Below are positions 24,872 through 34,988 of a DNA stretch of 64,000 bases, piece by piece (positions within the stretch are counted from its first letter, which is position 1; each line of letters starts with the position of its first letter). Position numbers and translations under genes: made by a program. Source of the DNA: Candidatus Solibacter sp. (GTDB lineage: Bacteria > Acidobacteriota > Terriglobia > Terriglobales > Acidobacteriaceae); NCBI GenBank assembly GCA_035501655.1, contig DATJVU010000033.1, positions 298,770 through 362,769 of the forward strand. The letters are read 5' to 3'. The notes under the pieces were generated by a model. The model made no database searches, was not told the origin of the DNA, and saw only the letters and a list, made by a program, of their open reading frames with translations.

Positions 24872-25645
24872 ATGCCGCAGACCCACTCATCGAAAACCGA
24901 TCCAAGCCAAACTTATTCGAGCCAGACCGATCCGAACTACGCTGATTCGAGCCAGACTTATTCGAACCAAGTCAATCCGAAGCGACACGCTTTAAGTTTG
25001 AGTGATCATTTGAACAAGCACCTGCTGGCTTATATGGCTACGGCTAGTGCGGCTGGAGTGAGCATGCTGGCGATGACTCAGCCGGCGGAGGCTACAGTTG
25101 TATATACGCCTGCGCACCGGACTATCGTTTCCGGGGCCCATCTTGATTTAAATGGCGACGGGATTCCCGACTTTACTTTTCAGGCGAATCGCTATATCTG
25201 CGGCACCTGTGGCTACTTTGACGTATTCGCCCCCAAGCCCAATCGAGTCATGAGCTACGGGAGCCCTCAGGCGGCGGGAGTGACGGTCGGACCTCCGGGC
25301 GATAACTTTAAGGGCCATGGGGGCGAGATGGTCAATTGGTGTACCTGTTCGGGAAACGGAGCCACCGGGGGCCCGTGGGTGGGAATTCAGAATGGATACA
25401 TGGGTCTGGAATTCAATATTAAAGGGACGATGCATTTTGGCTGGGCACGTTTTTCTGTGACCGACCAGGGAGCCATCACGCTGACCGGCTTTGCGTACGA
25501 GACGGTTGCGCTCAAACCCATTGTGACTGGAGATACCGGAGGCACGGAGAGCGTCGATTCGTTGGGGCCGGCGGCGGGGACAGAACTTCCACGGTTCGGA
25601 CTTGGACATCTGGCGCTTGGCGCGGTGGGGAAGTTGGGGCGGTAG
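24872..25645 (+). CDS. hypothetical secreted/anchored protein with Q/S/T-rich N-terminal repeats
   Basis: ORF 24368..25645, trimmed because the 5' part is repeat DNA. Hydrophobic LLAYMATASAAGVSMLAMTQPAEA segment. No family recognised. Confidence 0.5.
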   Translation: MPQTHSSKTDPSQTYSSQTDPNYADSSQTYSNQVNPKRHALSLSDHLNKHLLAYMATASAAGVSMLAMTQPAEATVVYTPAHRTIVSGAHLDLNGDGIPDFTFQANRYICGTCGYFDVFAPKPNRVMSYGSPQAAGVTVGPPGDNFKGHGGEMVNWCTCSGNGATGGPWVGIQNGYMGLEFNIKGTMHFGWARFSVTDQGAITLTGFAYETVALKPIVTGDTGGTESVDSLGPAAGTELPRFGLGHLALGAVGKLGR

Positions 25646-25667
25646 GGCCGAGTGATTCGGCCTTTGC

Positions 25668-25897
25668 GGTTTGATTTTTCTTTCCAGTGACATATATGTG
25701 GGTGCCCCGCTCTTGCGTTTTTGGCAAGAGCCTGCCCTGAGCTTGTCGAAGGGGCGGGCACGATGATGCTTGTGGCGGTAGATTTCTGCGGATTCAAAAT
25801 CCCACGCTGTCGGCAGCACTGTTCCCAGCCTTCGCAAAAAACGCGAAGACTGGGGCACCCACTTCATCTTTGTTTCATCGAAATCGAAGGCTGGCCG
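25668..25897 (+). repeat. about 230-bp dispersed repeat, copy 2
   Basis: Direct repeat of 24394-24603. Confidence 0.8.
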
Positions 25898-25995
25898 TCC
25901 CTCTCGTCGTTTGACCCTTCTTTTCTTGCGACTGTAAACTCGAAAGAGAGCACTCAGCATTCAGCATTCATTTGCCAGTGTGAAAGGCAACAGCA

Positions 25996-26021
25996 GGTCC
26001 CTCGACTTCGCTCGGGATGAC
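25996..26021 (-). repeat. GTCAT-family repeat fragment (GTCATCCCGAGCGAAGTCGAGGGACC on the minus strand)
   Basis: Seen just upstream of valS. Confidence 0.6.
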
Positions 26022-26078
26022 AATGCTGGAGGACCTTTCAACTGGCTGATTGCCGACGGCTGAGTGCTGACTGCTTCT

Positions 26079-28895
26079 ATGCCCCACGAACTCCCAAAAG
26101 CTTATGAGCCGGGCGCGATTGAAGCGCGCTGGGCTGAGTACTGGATCAAAGAGAAACTTTTTTCCGTCGCTACGCCTCCGGCTGACGCCGGGGACGCGGG
26201 CGGGGGCGCCCGCGCCACATCTGCGTCCGCACAACCTGTGTTTTCGCTGCTGCTGCCGCCGCCGAATGTGACTGGCAATCTGCATATGGGGCACATGTTC
26301 GAGCAGACACAGATGGACATTATTGTGCGCTGGCATCGGATGCGGGGATTTTTGACGTTGTGGCTTCCGGGCACCGACCATGCGGGCATTGCGACGCAAT
26401 TGATGGTGGAGCGGCAACTGGCGTCGGAAGGCAAGAAGCGCCGCGACCTGGGGCGCGAGAAATTTATTGAGCGCGTGTGGGAGTGGAAGAAGAAGTACGG
26501 CGGAAATATCACCGACCAGATGAAGCGGCTGGGCGCGTCGGTCGACTGGGATCGCGAATATTTCACGATGGATGAAAACTTGTCGCGGGCGGTGCGCGAA
26601 GTTTTTGTCCGGCTGTATGAAGAAGGGCTGATCTATCGCGGGAAGTACATCGTGAACTGGTGCCCGCGCTGCGAGACGGCGATCTCCGATCTCGAAGTGA
26701 AGCATGAGGATGTGCCGGGGAAGCTGTGGGAGATTCGTTATCCCGTGATCGGGACGCCGGCGGATAAGCCAGAGTTTATTACTGTCGCTACCACGCGGCC
26801 GGAGACGATGCTGGGCGATACGGCTATCGCGGTGAATATAAGAGACGAGCGCTACACGCATCTGCACGGCAAGAAAGTTTTGCTGCCGCTGATGGAGCGG
26901 GAGATTCCGATCATCACCGACGAACTGGCGCAGCCGGAGTTTGGCACGGGCGCGGTGAAGGTGACGCCGGCGCATGATCCCAATGACTTTCAGGCTGGAC
27001 TGCGCAACAACCTGCCGCAGATTGAAGTGATGGACGAGAACGCCCGCATGAATCAGAACGCGGGCAAGTATGCCGGGCTGGATCGCTACGAAGCTCGCAA
27101 GCAGGTGCTCGCCGATTTGGAGGCAGGGAATTTTTTAGTTGGGACGAAAGATCACACGCTGCCACTCGGCAAGTGCGATCGCTGCGCCACGGTGGTTGAG
27201 CCGCGGCTGTCGACGCAGTGGTTTATCAAGATTGCGCCCATGGCGAAACGCGCCGCCGACGCGGTCCGCAGCGGCGAGATTACTATCGCGCCAGAAAACA
27301 ATCAGCAAATTTATCTGAACTGGATGGACAACATCCACGACTGGTGCATCTCCCGCCAACTCTGGTGGGGACATCGGGTGCCGGCTTGGCATTGTGCTTG
27401 TGGGGAGATTGTGGTGGCGCGCGAGGCTCCGGCTGCGTGTGGGAAGTGCGGTGGGGCGGTGGAGCAGGATGCGGATGTGCTGGATACGTGGTTTTCTTCG
27501 GGGTTGTTGCCGTTCACTACTTTGGGGTGGCCGGAGAAGACTCGCGATCTGGAGGTTTTTTATCCGACGGCGCTGATGATTACCGGGTTTGACATTTTGT
27601 TTTTCTGGCTGGCGCGGATGATCATGTTCGGCTGCCATTTTATGCGGGGGCATGAGCAGGATCCGGCGATTAAGGCGTCTAGCGGATGGAGTGAGCGCAA
27701 GGATGACGCGGTGCCGTTTCGGCGGGTCTACATTCATGCTTTGGTGCGGGATGCGGACCGGCAGAAGATGTCGAAGACTAAGGGGAATGTGGTCGATCCG
27801 CTGGACATTATTGCTCGCTTTGGAACCGACGCGACTCGGTTTACGCTTGCGGCTATGGCTGCGCCGGGAACCGATATTGCGTTTAACGAGAGTCGCACGG
27901 ATGGGTATCGTGCTTTTGCTAACAAGATTTGGAATGCGGCGCGGTTCATGTTTATGAATGTGGACCGGATCGCGGACCGATCTCCGTGGACTCCGATTAA
28001 GGCAGATTCCGAAATCCTGCATGTTGGTGTTGGTGGTGTTAAGACGGTTGCTCTCGAAGACCGCTGGATTCTTTCGCGATTCAACCGCGTTGCAGCCGAC
28101 GTGAACGATGCGTTGGCGACTTATCGTTTTCACGAAGCGGCGAATCGCATCTACGATTTTTTCTGGGGCGAATTTTGCGACTGGTACTTAGAGTTGATCA
28201 AGCCGCGGCTTATGAACGAAGGGGGCTCTGCCAGGGCTGAAGCTAGCGTTGCGTGTTCTAATCTCGTCAACTTGTTTGAGTCATCGCTGCGCCTTCTGCA
28301 CCCGATCATGCCGTTTATTACGGAAGAAATCTGGCATGCGATGCAAGAGAATAAAACTTCAATCAAGTCCATCGCGTTGACGGCTTATCCGCAGGCCGAT
28401 GAAAAGCAATTTGATCTGGCCGCTGAGACCGAGATGGCGATTTTGCAGGATCTGATCGTGAGCGTTCGGAACTTGCGCGCGGAATTGAAAGTCGAAACCA
28501 AGGCCAAGGTGCCGATCGAAATTTTCGCACACGAGCCCGCGATTCGCAGCCTGATTGAGCAGAACCGCGGCGCGGTGGAGCGGCTAGCTAACGTTGAAAG
28601 TATCGCGTTTGCAGGGGGATCGTTGACCAGCAAGGCTGGCGCGCGCAGCACGGCGCGCTTCGACGTGCATGTAATCTATGAGCGCAAGATTGATGTTGCG
28701 GCTGAGTGCGAGCGGTTGAAGAAAGAGCTGGAGAGAATTGAGAAGGGGATGACGAACGGGCAGAAGCAGCTTAGCAACGAAGGCTTTTTGGCAAAGGCTC
28801 CGGCTGCGATTGTGGAGAACCTGCGCAAGCAGCATCAGGAGTTGGTTGTTTTGCAGGAGAAAACTTTGAGCAAGATGAAGGAGTTGGGTTGCTGA
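26079..28895 (+). CDS. valS: valine--tRNA ligase
   Basis: ORF 26064..28895. [13 protein letters not shown] (HIGH), KMSKTKGN (KMSKS) and a C-terminal coiled coil. ATG 26079 preferred. Confidence 0.97.
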   Translation: MPHELPKAYEPGAIEARWAEYWIKEKLFSVATPPADAGDAGGGARATSASAQPVFSLLLPPPNVTGNLHMGHMFEQTQMDIIVRWHRMRGFLTLWLPGTDHAGIATQLMVERQLASEGKKRRDLGREKFIERVWEWKKKYGGNITDQMKRLGASVDWDREYFTMDENLSRAVREVFVRLYEEGLIYRGKYIVNWCPRCETAISDLEVKHEDVPGKLWEIRYPVIGTPADKPEFITVATTRPETMLGDTAIAVNIRDERYTHLHGKKVLLPLMEREIPIITDELAQPEFGTGAVKVTPAHDPNDFQAGLRNNLPQIEVMDENARMNQNAGKYAGLDRYEARKQVLADLEAGNFLVGTKDHTLPLGKCDRCATVVEPRLSTQWFIKIAPMAKRAADAVRSGEITIAPENNQQIYLNWMDNIHDWCISRQLWWGHRVPAWHCACGEIVVAREAPAACGKCGGAVEQDADVLDTWFSSGLLPFTTLGWPEKTRDLEVFYPTALMITGFDILFFWLARMIMFGCHFMRGHEQDPAIKASSGWSERKDDAVPFRRVYIHALVRDADRQKMSKTKGNVVDPLDIIARFGTDATRFTLAAMAAPGTDIAFNESRTDGYRAFANKIWNAARFMFMNVDRIADRSPWTPIKADSEILHVGVGGVKTVALEDRWILSRFNRVAADVNDALATYRFHEAANRIYDFFWGEFCDWYLELIKPRLMNEGGSARAEASVACSNLVNLFESSLRLLHPIMPFITEEIWHAMQENKTSIKSIALTAYPQADEKQFDLAAETEMAILQDLIVSVRNLRAELKVETKAKVPIEIFAHEPAIRSLIEQNRGAVERLANVESIAFAGGSLTSKAGARSTARFDVHVIYERKIDVAAECERLKKELERIEKGMTNGQKQLSNEGFLAKAPAAIVENLRKQHQELVVLQEKTLSKMKELGC
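26193..26222 (+). repeat. REP-like hairpin embedded in frame in valS (encodes [10 protein letters not shown])
   Basis: Identical 30-mer to the intergenic 24664-24693. Lies in the variable N-terminal linker before PPPNVTG. Confidence 0.8.
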
Positions 28896-28932
28896 CGGCG
28901 TTCGGTCTTAGCGGGTGACTGCTCGATTGCAG

Positions 28933-28981
28933 GGATTCTTCGACTCGTGCTCGTTGTCACTCGCCCTTCGCTCAGAATGAC
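28933..28981 (-). repeat. GTCAT-family repeat (GTCATTCTGAGCGAAGG...GTCGAAGAATCC on the minus strand)
   Basis: Downstream of valS. Confidence 0.6.
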
Positions 28982-29232
28982 AGGTTGGGGAGAGTTACTT
29001 TACGGATTTATGAAGGCATTTCATAAAGAAACTGAAGTTAGAACCCGGACTGCCCTCGGGGGCTAAAAACTGGGCGGGTTTAACGCGACTTACGGCGCGG
29101 CTTGAAGCCGCGCCCTTTCAAAACTAATGCGGAATCAGGCTTTTCCTCAGCTTGTGGAACTCGCGCATTTTTTTCGGATCGATTTGTGAGATAAATTCTG
29201 AGAACTGGCCACCGGCCACTGATCACTGCTTT

Positions 29233-30126
29233 ATGGACTGGAATAGCCGCCGCATTACCGCGATTTTGGAGAACGCGCTGCTCGAAGACCGGGCGACGCG
29301 CGATGCGACTAGCTATGCGTGCATTGATGCCAACCAGCGCGCTACGGCGACCATTGTCACCAAGCAGGAGTGCATTCTTGCCGGGATCGGATGCATTGCC
29401 CGCATTCTTGATGTTTATGCGGCGCTTGATGGCGCCGTGACCGCTCATTATGAAGTTACGACGCATCCGGAGATTTTTGATGGCGTTCGGCTGCGCGCCG
29501 GGCAATCGGTCGCTGTTATCCGCCATAATGCGCGGGTGATTCTCTCCTGCGAGCGCGTGATTTTGAATTTTCTGCAGCGCATGAGCGGCATCGCCACGCT
29601 GACGCGTAAATTCGTTGATGCCGTCGGCGGCACGCGGGCCCGCATACTGGATACGCGAAAGACTGCGCCAGGTCTGCGAATTATCGACAAGAACGCCGTG
29701 CGTTGCGGCGGCGGACAAAATCATCGGCTCGATCTCTCCGACGGCGTGCTCATCAAGAACAACCACATCGCCATCGCGGGAGGCATTGTGCCCGCGCTCG
29801 AGCACGCCATTCGCAACCGGCGGGGATCGCAGATCATTGAAGTCGAAGTCCGCTCTCTCGACGACCTCGAACTCGCGCTCACGCACGGGGCCGAAGCGGT
29901 CCTGCTCGACAATATGTCGGTGGAAGAAGTGGACAAGGCTGTCGAACGCTGCTCGCGCATCGACACGCTCAGGGATGGCCGCCGCATCCCGATCGAGTGC
30001 TCGGGTGGCATTCGCCTCGAGAATGTGCGCGCCTATGCGGAGACCGGAGTCGATTTTATTTCGGTCGGGTTGCTCACGCATTCTCCTCAGGCCGCTGATA
30101 TGAGCATGCGGGTGGTGGCTACTTAG
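29233..30126 (+). CDS. nadC: nicotinate-nucleotide diphosphorylase (carboxylating)
   Basis: ORF 29152..30126. ILDTRKTAPGLR, CGGGQNHR and VEVEV...LLDNM blocks. ATG 29233 chosen. Confidence 0.92.
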   Translation: MDWNSRRITAILENALLEDRATRDATSYACIDANQRATATIVTKQECILAGIGCIARILDVYAALDGAVTAHYEVTTHPEIFDGVRLRAGQSVAVIRHNARVILSCERVILNFLQRMSGIATLTRKFVDAVGGTRARILDTRKTAPGLRIIDKNAVRCGGGQNHRLDLSDGVLIKNNHIAIAGGIVPALEHAIRNRRGSQIIEVEVRSLDDLELALTHGAEAVLLDNMSVEEVDKAVERCSRIDTLRDGRRIPIECSGGIRLENVRAYAETGVDFISVGLLTHSPQAADMSMRVVAT

Positions 30127-30194
30127 AACCAAGTGGCAAAGTGACAACGTGGCAAAGTGGCAAGGTTTCAAATGTTTCAATGTTTCGGTCTTGG

Positions 30195-30321
30195 TGCGGT
30201 TTGGCTGACGCGATAGGCCGCTGGCGCGGGAGATCCTTCGCTCCGCCTGAAGAGCGGCTACGCTCAGGATGACGCCGTATAAAACGACGACCGGCTACGC
30301 TCAGGATGACGCCGTATAAAA
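30195..30321 (-). repeat. GTCAT type-B repeat (reverse orientation) with a perfect 30-bp tandem duplication
   Basis: CGGCTACGCTCAGGATGACGCCGTATAAAA occurs at 30255-30284 and again at 30292-30321. The remainder matches the reverse complement of 14267-14338. Confidence 0.8.
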
Positions 30322-30446
30322 GAGGACCGGCTGCCCTTTCAACTCCCGTTGTTTCTTGGGGTTCCGGATTTTGCAACTATGCACCTCTGAGTGCTTTTGA
30401 CTCGCTGGTTTCAGGCTAGATTATTTGTACCGGAGGTCCTCCCCTT

Positions 30447-32816
30447 ATGTTTCCCTCGTTTCCTTTTGCACGTTCCCTCGCGTCCGTGTGCCTTATCGTT
30501 ATGGCAGCTATTAACTCTTCTCCCGCTGCGGGGGAAGCTCGATCTGGCGCTGCACCCGCACGAACTCAATCTTCGCAAACTCAATCTTCGCAAAACTCAG
30601 CCGTTCAAAACCCAGCCTCGCAAACTGCGGCGGATGATTCCGTGCCCGCTACTACCAATGTCAGCGTCACCGTTGACGCGCTTAGCAATCGCCATGCGAT
30701 CAACGCTTATGTCTACGGCGGGGCTTATCCGCAGGACGCGCCTACTATCACCGACAGCGGACTCAGCGTGGTGCGCTGGGGAGGTAATGCTACCTCGCGC
30801 TACAACTGGCAGCTGCAGACTTACAACTCGGCTAACGATTATTTCTTTGAGGACTTTGGCTACTCGGAAATCGGCGACAGCGACTCGATCAAGTTCATCA
30901 AGGATGTGAAGACTGCCGGTAGCCGACCCATTATGACCATGCCGATGCTGCCCTGGGTCGCCAACACCGCCGAGAACGGGACGAACGGGCACTGGAGTTT
31001 TTCGGTGGCGAAATACGGAACGCAGTGCGCGGTCGATCCTTTTAATACTGATGCCGGCGACGGACTTAAGACTGATTGCAGCACTACGCTTACTGCCAAT
31101 CCCAACGACGCGAACGTTCCCTTGCTCGATCAGCTGGGAACGAATGATCCGCCGGGAAGCGTTTATCGAAATCAGTGGGCTGCGGCTTTGGCTACGGCGT
31201 TCGGCACCTCGCCGCATTTTTACAACATGGATAACGAGATTGACATCTGGGGCGGCACGCACCGCGATGTGCATCCCGCGCCGACGGCTTATAACGAAAT
31301 GCGCGACACGTTTGTGGCGGAGTCGCGTGCGCTGAAGGGGTGGGATCCGAAAGCGGTCCGGCTTGGGCCTGTGAGCTGCTGCTGGTGGTTTTATTGGAAC
31401 GGCGCGGATGGCAATGACAAGGGCGCGCATGCCGGAGTCGATCTTCTTCCGTGGTGGTTGAACGAGGTTCTGTGGCAGGACAAAGTCGCGGGATCCCGGT
31501 CGGTCGATGTGCTTGACGTTCACGCCTATCCTGACGGACCCGATACTTCCACGTGGACGCAGGCGCAGAAGCAGGCACTCGCGGCGCGCATCTATCGCGA
31601 CTACTGGGACCCGACGTACGTGAGCGAATCCGACACGATTAACCAGATTTGGGCGACCTTCATTCAGCCCAACAAGACGATTCCGTTCCGCATCCCGCGC
31701 ATGCGGGCCATGGCCAACATGATCTATCCGGGAACGCCGGTCAGCTTCACGGAGTGGAGCGCAGCCTTCGCGGGCGAGTCAGATTTCTCGACGGCTCTGG
31801 GCGATGCCGACGCCTACGGAATCATGGGGCGCGAGCGCATCTATCTTGCGTCGAGGTGGGTTGCGCCGGTTCCGGGCAATCCGAACTATCTCACGCTGAA
31901 ACTGTTCACCAACTATGACGGCAAGCACCACGGCTTTGCCACCACTTCAGTCTCCGACACCAATAACGGCGACCCGAGTCTCTTCAGCAGTTTCGCTGCG
32001 GTCAACTCAACCGGGAACACGATGACGTTGCTTGTGCTGAACAAAGATCCATCGAACAGCGTGCAGGCGCAGTTCGCGATCAATGGATTCACGCCCTCGC
32101 AGATGACTTCGTACACGCTCTCCTCGACGAATGCCACAAAGATTGTGGCCTCCAAAACAACGGCGTGGTCTGCTACGCAGACTTTCGCTCCGTACTCTGC
32201 GACGCTGGTTGTTGCCACCGGTACCTCGCAACTGCCCGGAGCCAGTTGGGACCTCAATCCTGATACGACTATGGTCGCGGCTGGAGGCAAAGTCACCCTG
32301 TCGCCGAAAGTTACGTCAGGATCGGCGACGGTGACGCTGGGAACTCCGACTGCTGACAGCGGCATCAGCGTGGTCGTTACTCAGCCGACTTTGAGCACGG
32401 GGCACCCGGGCAAGATTACGGTGACGGCGGGAACCACGGCGGGCTTCTACCACTACAGCGTGCCCAGCACGGACACGAGCGGCGTGGCGCAACAGCAGAG
32501 CGGATGGATTCTGGTGGGAAATCCTCCGGCTACGCTTACGAAAACCGGCGACAAGCAGAAAGGAACCGTCGGCAGCCAGCTGAATCTTTCTGTGACGATG
32601 AATCCGGGGCAGTCGGGCGGGAGCGCTGCCGGTGGAACGATTTTCTTTACAGCGAATTCCGGGTCGCTCTCCAGCCGCATCGTCACTACGGATTCGACCG
32701 GTAAAGCGGCGGTGGTGCTGACTTTGCCTTCGACCGCGGGAACGGTGCACGTGACGGCCGAGGGGCAGTATGGTTTGGGCCATCCTACGGCTACGTTTAC
32801 GGAAACTGCGCAGTAG
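30447..32816 (+). CDS. glycoside hydrolase family 44-like enzyme with C-terminal Ig-like (Big-type) domains
   Basis: 789 aa with a signal peptide. VVRWGGNATSRYNW, MDNEIDIWGGTHRDVHP and SFTEWS resemble GH44 blocks (from memory). The C-terminal repeats look Ig-like. Confidence 0.7.
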   Translation: MFPSFPFARSLASVCLIVMAAINSSPAAGEARSGAAPARTQSSQTQSSQNSAVQNPASQTAADDSVPATTNVSVTVDALSNRHAINAYVYGGAYPQDAPTITDSGLSVVRWGGNATSRYNWQLQTYNSANDYFFEDFGYSEIGDSDSIKFIKDVKTAGSRPIMTMPMLPWVANTAENGTNGHWSFSVAKYGTQCAVDPFNTDAGDGLKTDCSTTLTANPNDANVPLLDQLGTNDPPGSVYRNQWAAALATAFGTSPHFYNMDNEIDIWGGTHRDVHPAPTAYNEMRDTFVAESRALKGWDPKAVRLGPVSCCWWFYWNGADGNDKGAHAGVDLLPWWLNEVLWQDKVAGSRSVDVLDVHAYPDGPDTSTWTQAQKQALAARIYRDYWDPTYVSESDTINQIWATFIQPNKTIPFRIPRMRAMANMIYPGTPVSFTEWSAAFAGESDFSTALGDADAYGIMGRERIYLASRWVAPVPGNPNYLTLKLFTNYDGKHHGFATTSVSDTNNGDPSLFSSFAAVNSTGNTMTLLVLNKDPSNSVQAQFAINGFTPSQMTSYTLSSTNATKIVASKTTAWSATQTFAPYSATLVVATGTSQLPGASWDLNPDTTMVAAGGKVTLSPKVTSGSATVTLGTPTADSGISVVVTQPTLSTGHPGKITVTAGTTAGFYHYSVPSTDTSGVAQQQSGWILVGNPPATLTKTGDKQKGTVGSQLNLSVTMNPGQSGGSAAGGTIFFTANSGSLSSRIVTTDSTGKAAVVLTLPSTAGTVHVTAEGQYGLGHPTATFTETAQ

Positions 32817-32828
32817 CGGGAGAATTTT

Positions 32829-32945
32829 TACCACGGAGTCGCTGAGACACGGAGAAAAGAAATTGTTGATTGATGATTGTTGATTTTTGATTGGGTCCGT
32901 TCTCAATCAGTTTCTTTTCCTCTGTGCCTCTGTTTCTCTGTGGTG
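32829..32945. repeat. MITE-like palindromic element (CCACGGAG..GAGACACGGAGAAAAGAAA / TTTCTTTTCCTCTGTGCCTCTGTTTCTCTGTGG arms)
   Basis: Imperfect inverted arms of about 34 bp around a TTGATTGATGATT core. The right arm ends 2 nt before the birA ATG. A related CCACGGAGGCACAGAGG lies at 56355-56415. Confidence 0.7.
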
Positions 32946-32947
32946 AA

Positions 32948-34039
32948 ATGCGTTTGCGGTTTGTCCTTTCGCTGAGTTTCACGCATAATCTCGGCATCAC
33001 CAAGCCGACCACAATTCGTAGACGAAAACGAGCTCCGGCGGCGCTCTCGCACGCGCAGCAGCCCACCGATATTCGGCTCGGACGGATCGTGCGGTTGCTA
33101 ACGGAACACGCTACCGTTGTGGTGAGCGGCACCAAGATTGCGCAGGAAATTTCTTCGAGCCGCTCTGAAGTGTGGCGGTTGATTCAGCAATTGCGCGGTC
33201 TTGGCGTCGACGTGGCTGGGCATCCCGCAACGGGCTACCAGCTGCGCTCTGTTCCGGACCTTCTTTTGCCCGAGTTTCTGGGTCCGCTTGTGCGTGGAAC
33301 GATTTTTTCTGACCACATCCACCACTATTACAAGATTGGCTCGACTAACACCGCCGCGATGGCCGCCGCCGCTGATGATGCGCCCGAAGGCAGCGTGTTT
33401 CTTGCCGAAGAGCAGACCGCTGGACGTGGCCGCGGATCTCATAGCTGGGAGTCTCCGCGCTCCACGGGAATTTATTGTTCGGTGGTTTTGCGTCCTCAGT
33501 TGCCTCCTTCGGAAGTGCTTGTGCTCTCGCTCGCGGCCGGACTCGCCGTTCATTCGGCTATTCAGCAGGTCGACTCGCGCGTGAGTGCTGATCTCAAGTG
33601 GCCGAACGATGTGCTGATCGGCGGGGAGAAGGTCTGCGGCATCCTCACTGAGATGAATGCGGAAGCTACGCGCGTGTGCTACATCGTTGTCGGGATGGGC
33701 ATCAACGTTAACCAGTCGACTTTTCCGAGAGAGTTGGGCGCAACTTCTCTGCGGATGGAAACTGGAAGCGAATGGTCGCGCGTGGAACTGGCCGCCGCTT
33801 TGTTAAAATCACTCGACCGCGAATATCGTCAGCTGATCGAAAACTCGCACGCGAAAGAGACGATTCTCCGCCGATTTACCCAGCAGTCTTCGTGGGTTCG
33901 GGGCAAGAGTGTACGAATCGAAGACAATGGCAGGGTACTTGAGGGAACTACGGATGGCCTCGACGATCGTGGGTTTCTGCTGCTGAAGACGCAGCGCGGT
34001 ACGCAAACGGTTTTGAGTGGAACTGTGAGAGAAACGTAG
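32948..34039 (+). CDS. birA: bifunctional biotin--[acetyl-CoA-carboxylase] ligase / biotin operon repressor
   Basis: ORF 32891..34039. N-terminal HTH (SGTKIAQEISSSRSEVWRLIQQLRGLGV), GRGRGSHSW and KWPNDVL motifs. Start uncertain. Confidence 0.85.
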   Translation: MRLRFVLSLSFTHNLGITKPTTIRRRKRAPAALSHAQQPTDIRLGRIVRLLTEHATVVVSGTKIAQEISSSRSEVWRLIQQLRGLGVDVAGHPATGYQLRSVPDLLLPEFLGPLVRGTIFSDHIHHYYKIGSTNTAAMAAAADDAPEGSVFLAEEQTAGRGRGSHSWESPRSTGIYCSVVLRPQLPPSEVLVLSLAAGLAVHSAIQQVDSRVSADLKWPNDVLIGGEKVCGILTEMNAEATRVCYIVVGMGINVNQSTFPRELGATSLRMETGSEWSRVELAAALLKSLDREYRQLIENSHAKETILRRFTQQSSWVRGKSVRIEDNGRVLEGTTDGLDDRGFLLLKTQRGTQTVLSGTVRET

Positions 34040-34076
34040 GGCCGCCGAGACGGCGGCGCTACGGTCGGCTTGCTCT

Positions 34077-34982
34077 ATGCTTCTCGTCATTGACGTCGGC
34101 AATACCAATACGGTTCTCGGAGTGTTCTCGCATGCTTCTGGCGGGGATGATGGTCTGCGTCACTACGATAATCTGGTTGCGAATTGGCGGGTGGCTACCT
34201 CGCGGCGCAGTACGGTTGATGAATACGGAGTTCTCTTCCGCAATCTTTTTTCCATGGCGGGACTGGAATCGGCCGGCATCCACGGCATCGTAATTTCTTC
34301 CGTTGTTCCGCCGCTCGATCCCGTGCTTCGCCAGGTTTGCGAACGCTATTTCAATCTGCGGCCGCTGTTCATCGAGCCTGGAGTCAAGACGGGAATGCCC
34401 GTGCATTATGACAATCCCGCCGAAGTGGGCGCTGACCGAATCGTCAACGCTGTCGCTGCATTTGAGAAATATGGCGGGCCGTGTGTTGTTGTTGATTTCG
34501 GCACGGCGACTACCTTCGACTGCGTGTCGGTGAAAGGCGAATATCTTGGAGGAGTGATTTGCCCGGGAATTGGCATCTCCGCCGACGCGCTTTTCGATCG
34601 CACTGCGCGGCTGCCTCGCGTGGAGATTCGAAAGCCGGTTCGTGTGATTGGGTCGAACACGGTGGGGAGTTTGCAGTCTGGTCTTTATTACGGATATCTC
34701 GGGCTGGTTGACGGCATCCTGGAACTTCTTCTGCAGGAACTTGGCGCCGACACGCGGGTCCTCGCCACGGGCGGACTGGGGCCGATGATCGGCACGGGAT
34801 CGAAGTTCATCAAGAATGTCGACGAGTTTCTGACTCTCGAGGGCCTGCGCATTATATGGGAGCGGAATGCGTCGGCCCGCAAAGATGCCGCGAAGCCCGC
34901 AGCGACGACGGAGTCGAGGGTGCAATCAAGAGCGAAGAATGGTGGCAGCGTGCGCGCCGTTTCCTCACGAACGTCCCGCTGA
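34077..34982 (+). CDS. coaX: type III pantothenate kinase
   Basis: MLLVIDVGNTNTVLGVF, GADRIVNAVAA and VVDFGTATTFD. Has a charged C-terminal extension. Confidence 0.93.
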   Translation: MLLVIDVGNTNTVLGVFSHASGGDDGLRHYDNLVANWRVATSRRSTVDEYGVLFRNLFSMAGLESAGIHGIVISSVVPPLDPVLRQVCERYFNLRPLFIEPGVKTGMPVHYDNPAEVGADRIVNAVAAFEKYGGPCVVVDFGTATTFDCVSVKGEYLGGVICPGIGISADALFDRTARLPRVEIRKPVRVIGSNTVGSLQSGLYYGYLGLVDGILELLLQELGADTRVLATGGLGPMIGTGSKFIKNVDEFLTLEGLRIIWERNASARKDAAKPAATTESRVQSRAKNGGSVRAVSSRTSR

Positions 34983-34988
34983 CTCGCC

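Noticed and set aside
25968-26975. 335-aa ORF on the minus strand. The same applies to 27135..28133, 29080..30180, 38837..40090, 4255..5409, 8932..9816 and 46940..47803.
   Set aside because: All lie antisense to genes with clear family signatures (valS, nadC, comEC, panB, hemL, aminotransferase). They have Arg/Pro/His-rich shadow-ORF composition typical of high-GC DNA.
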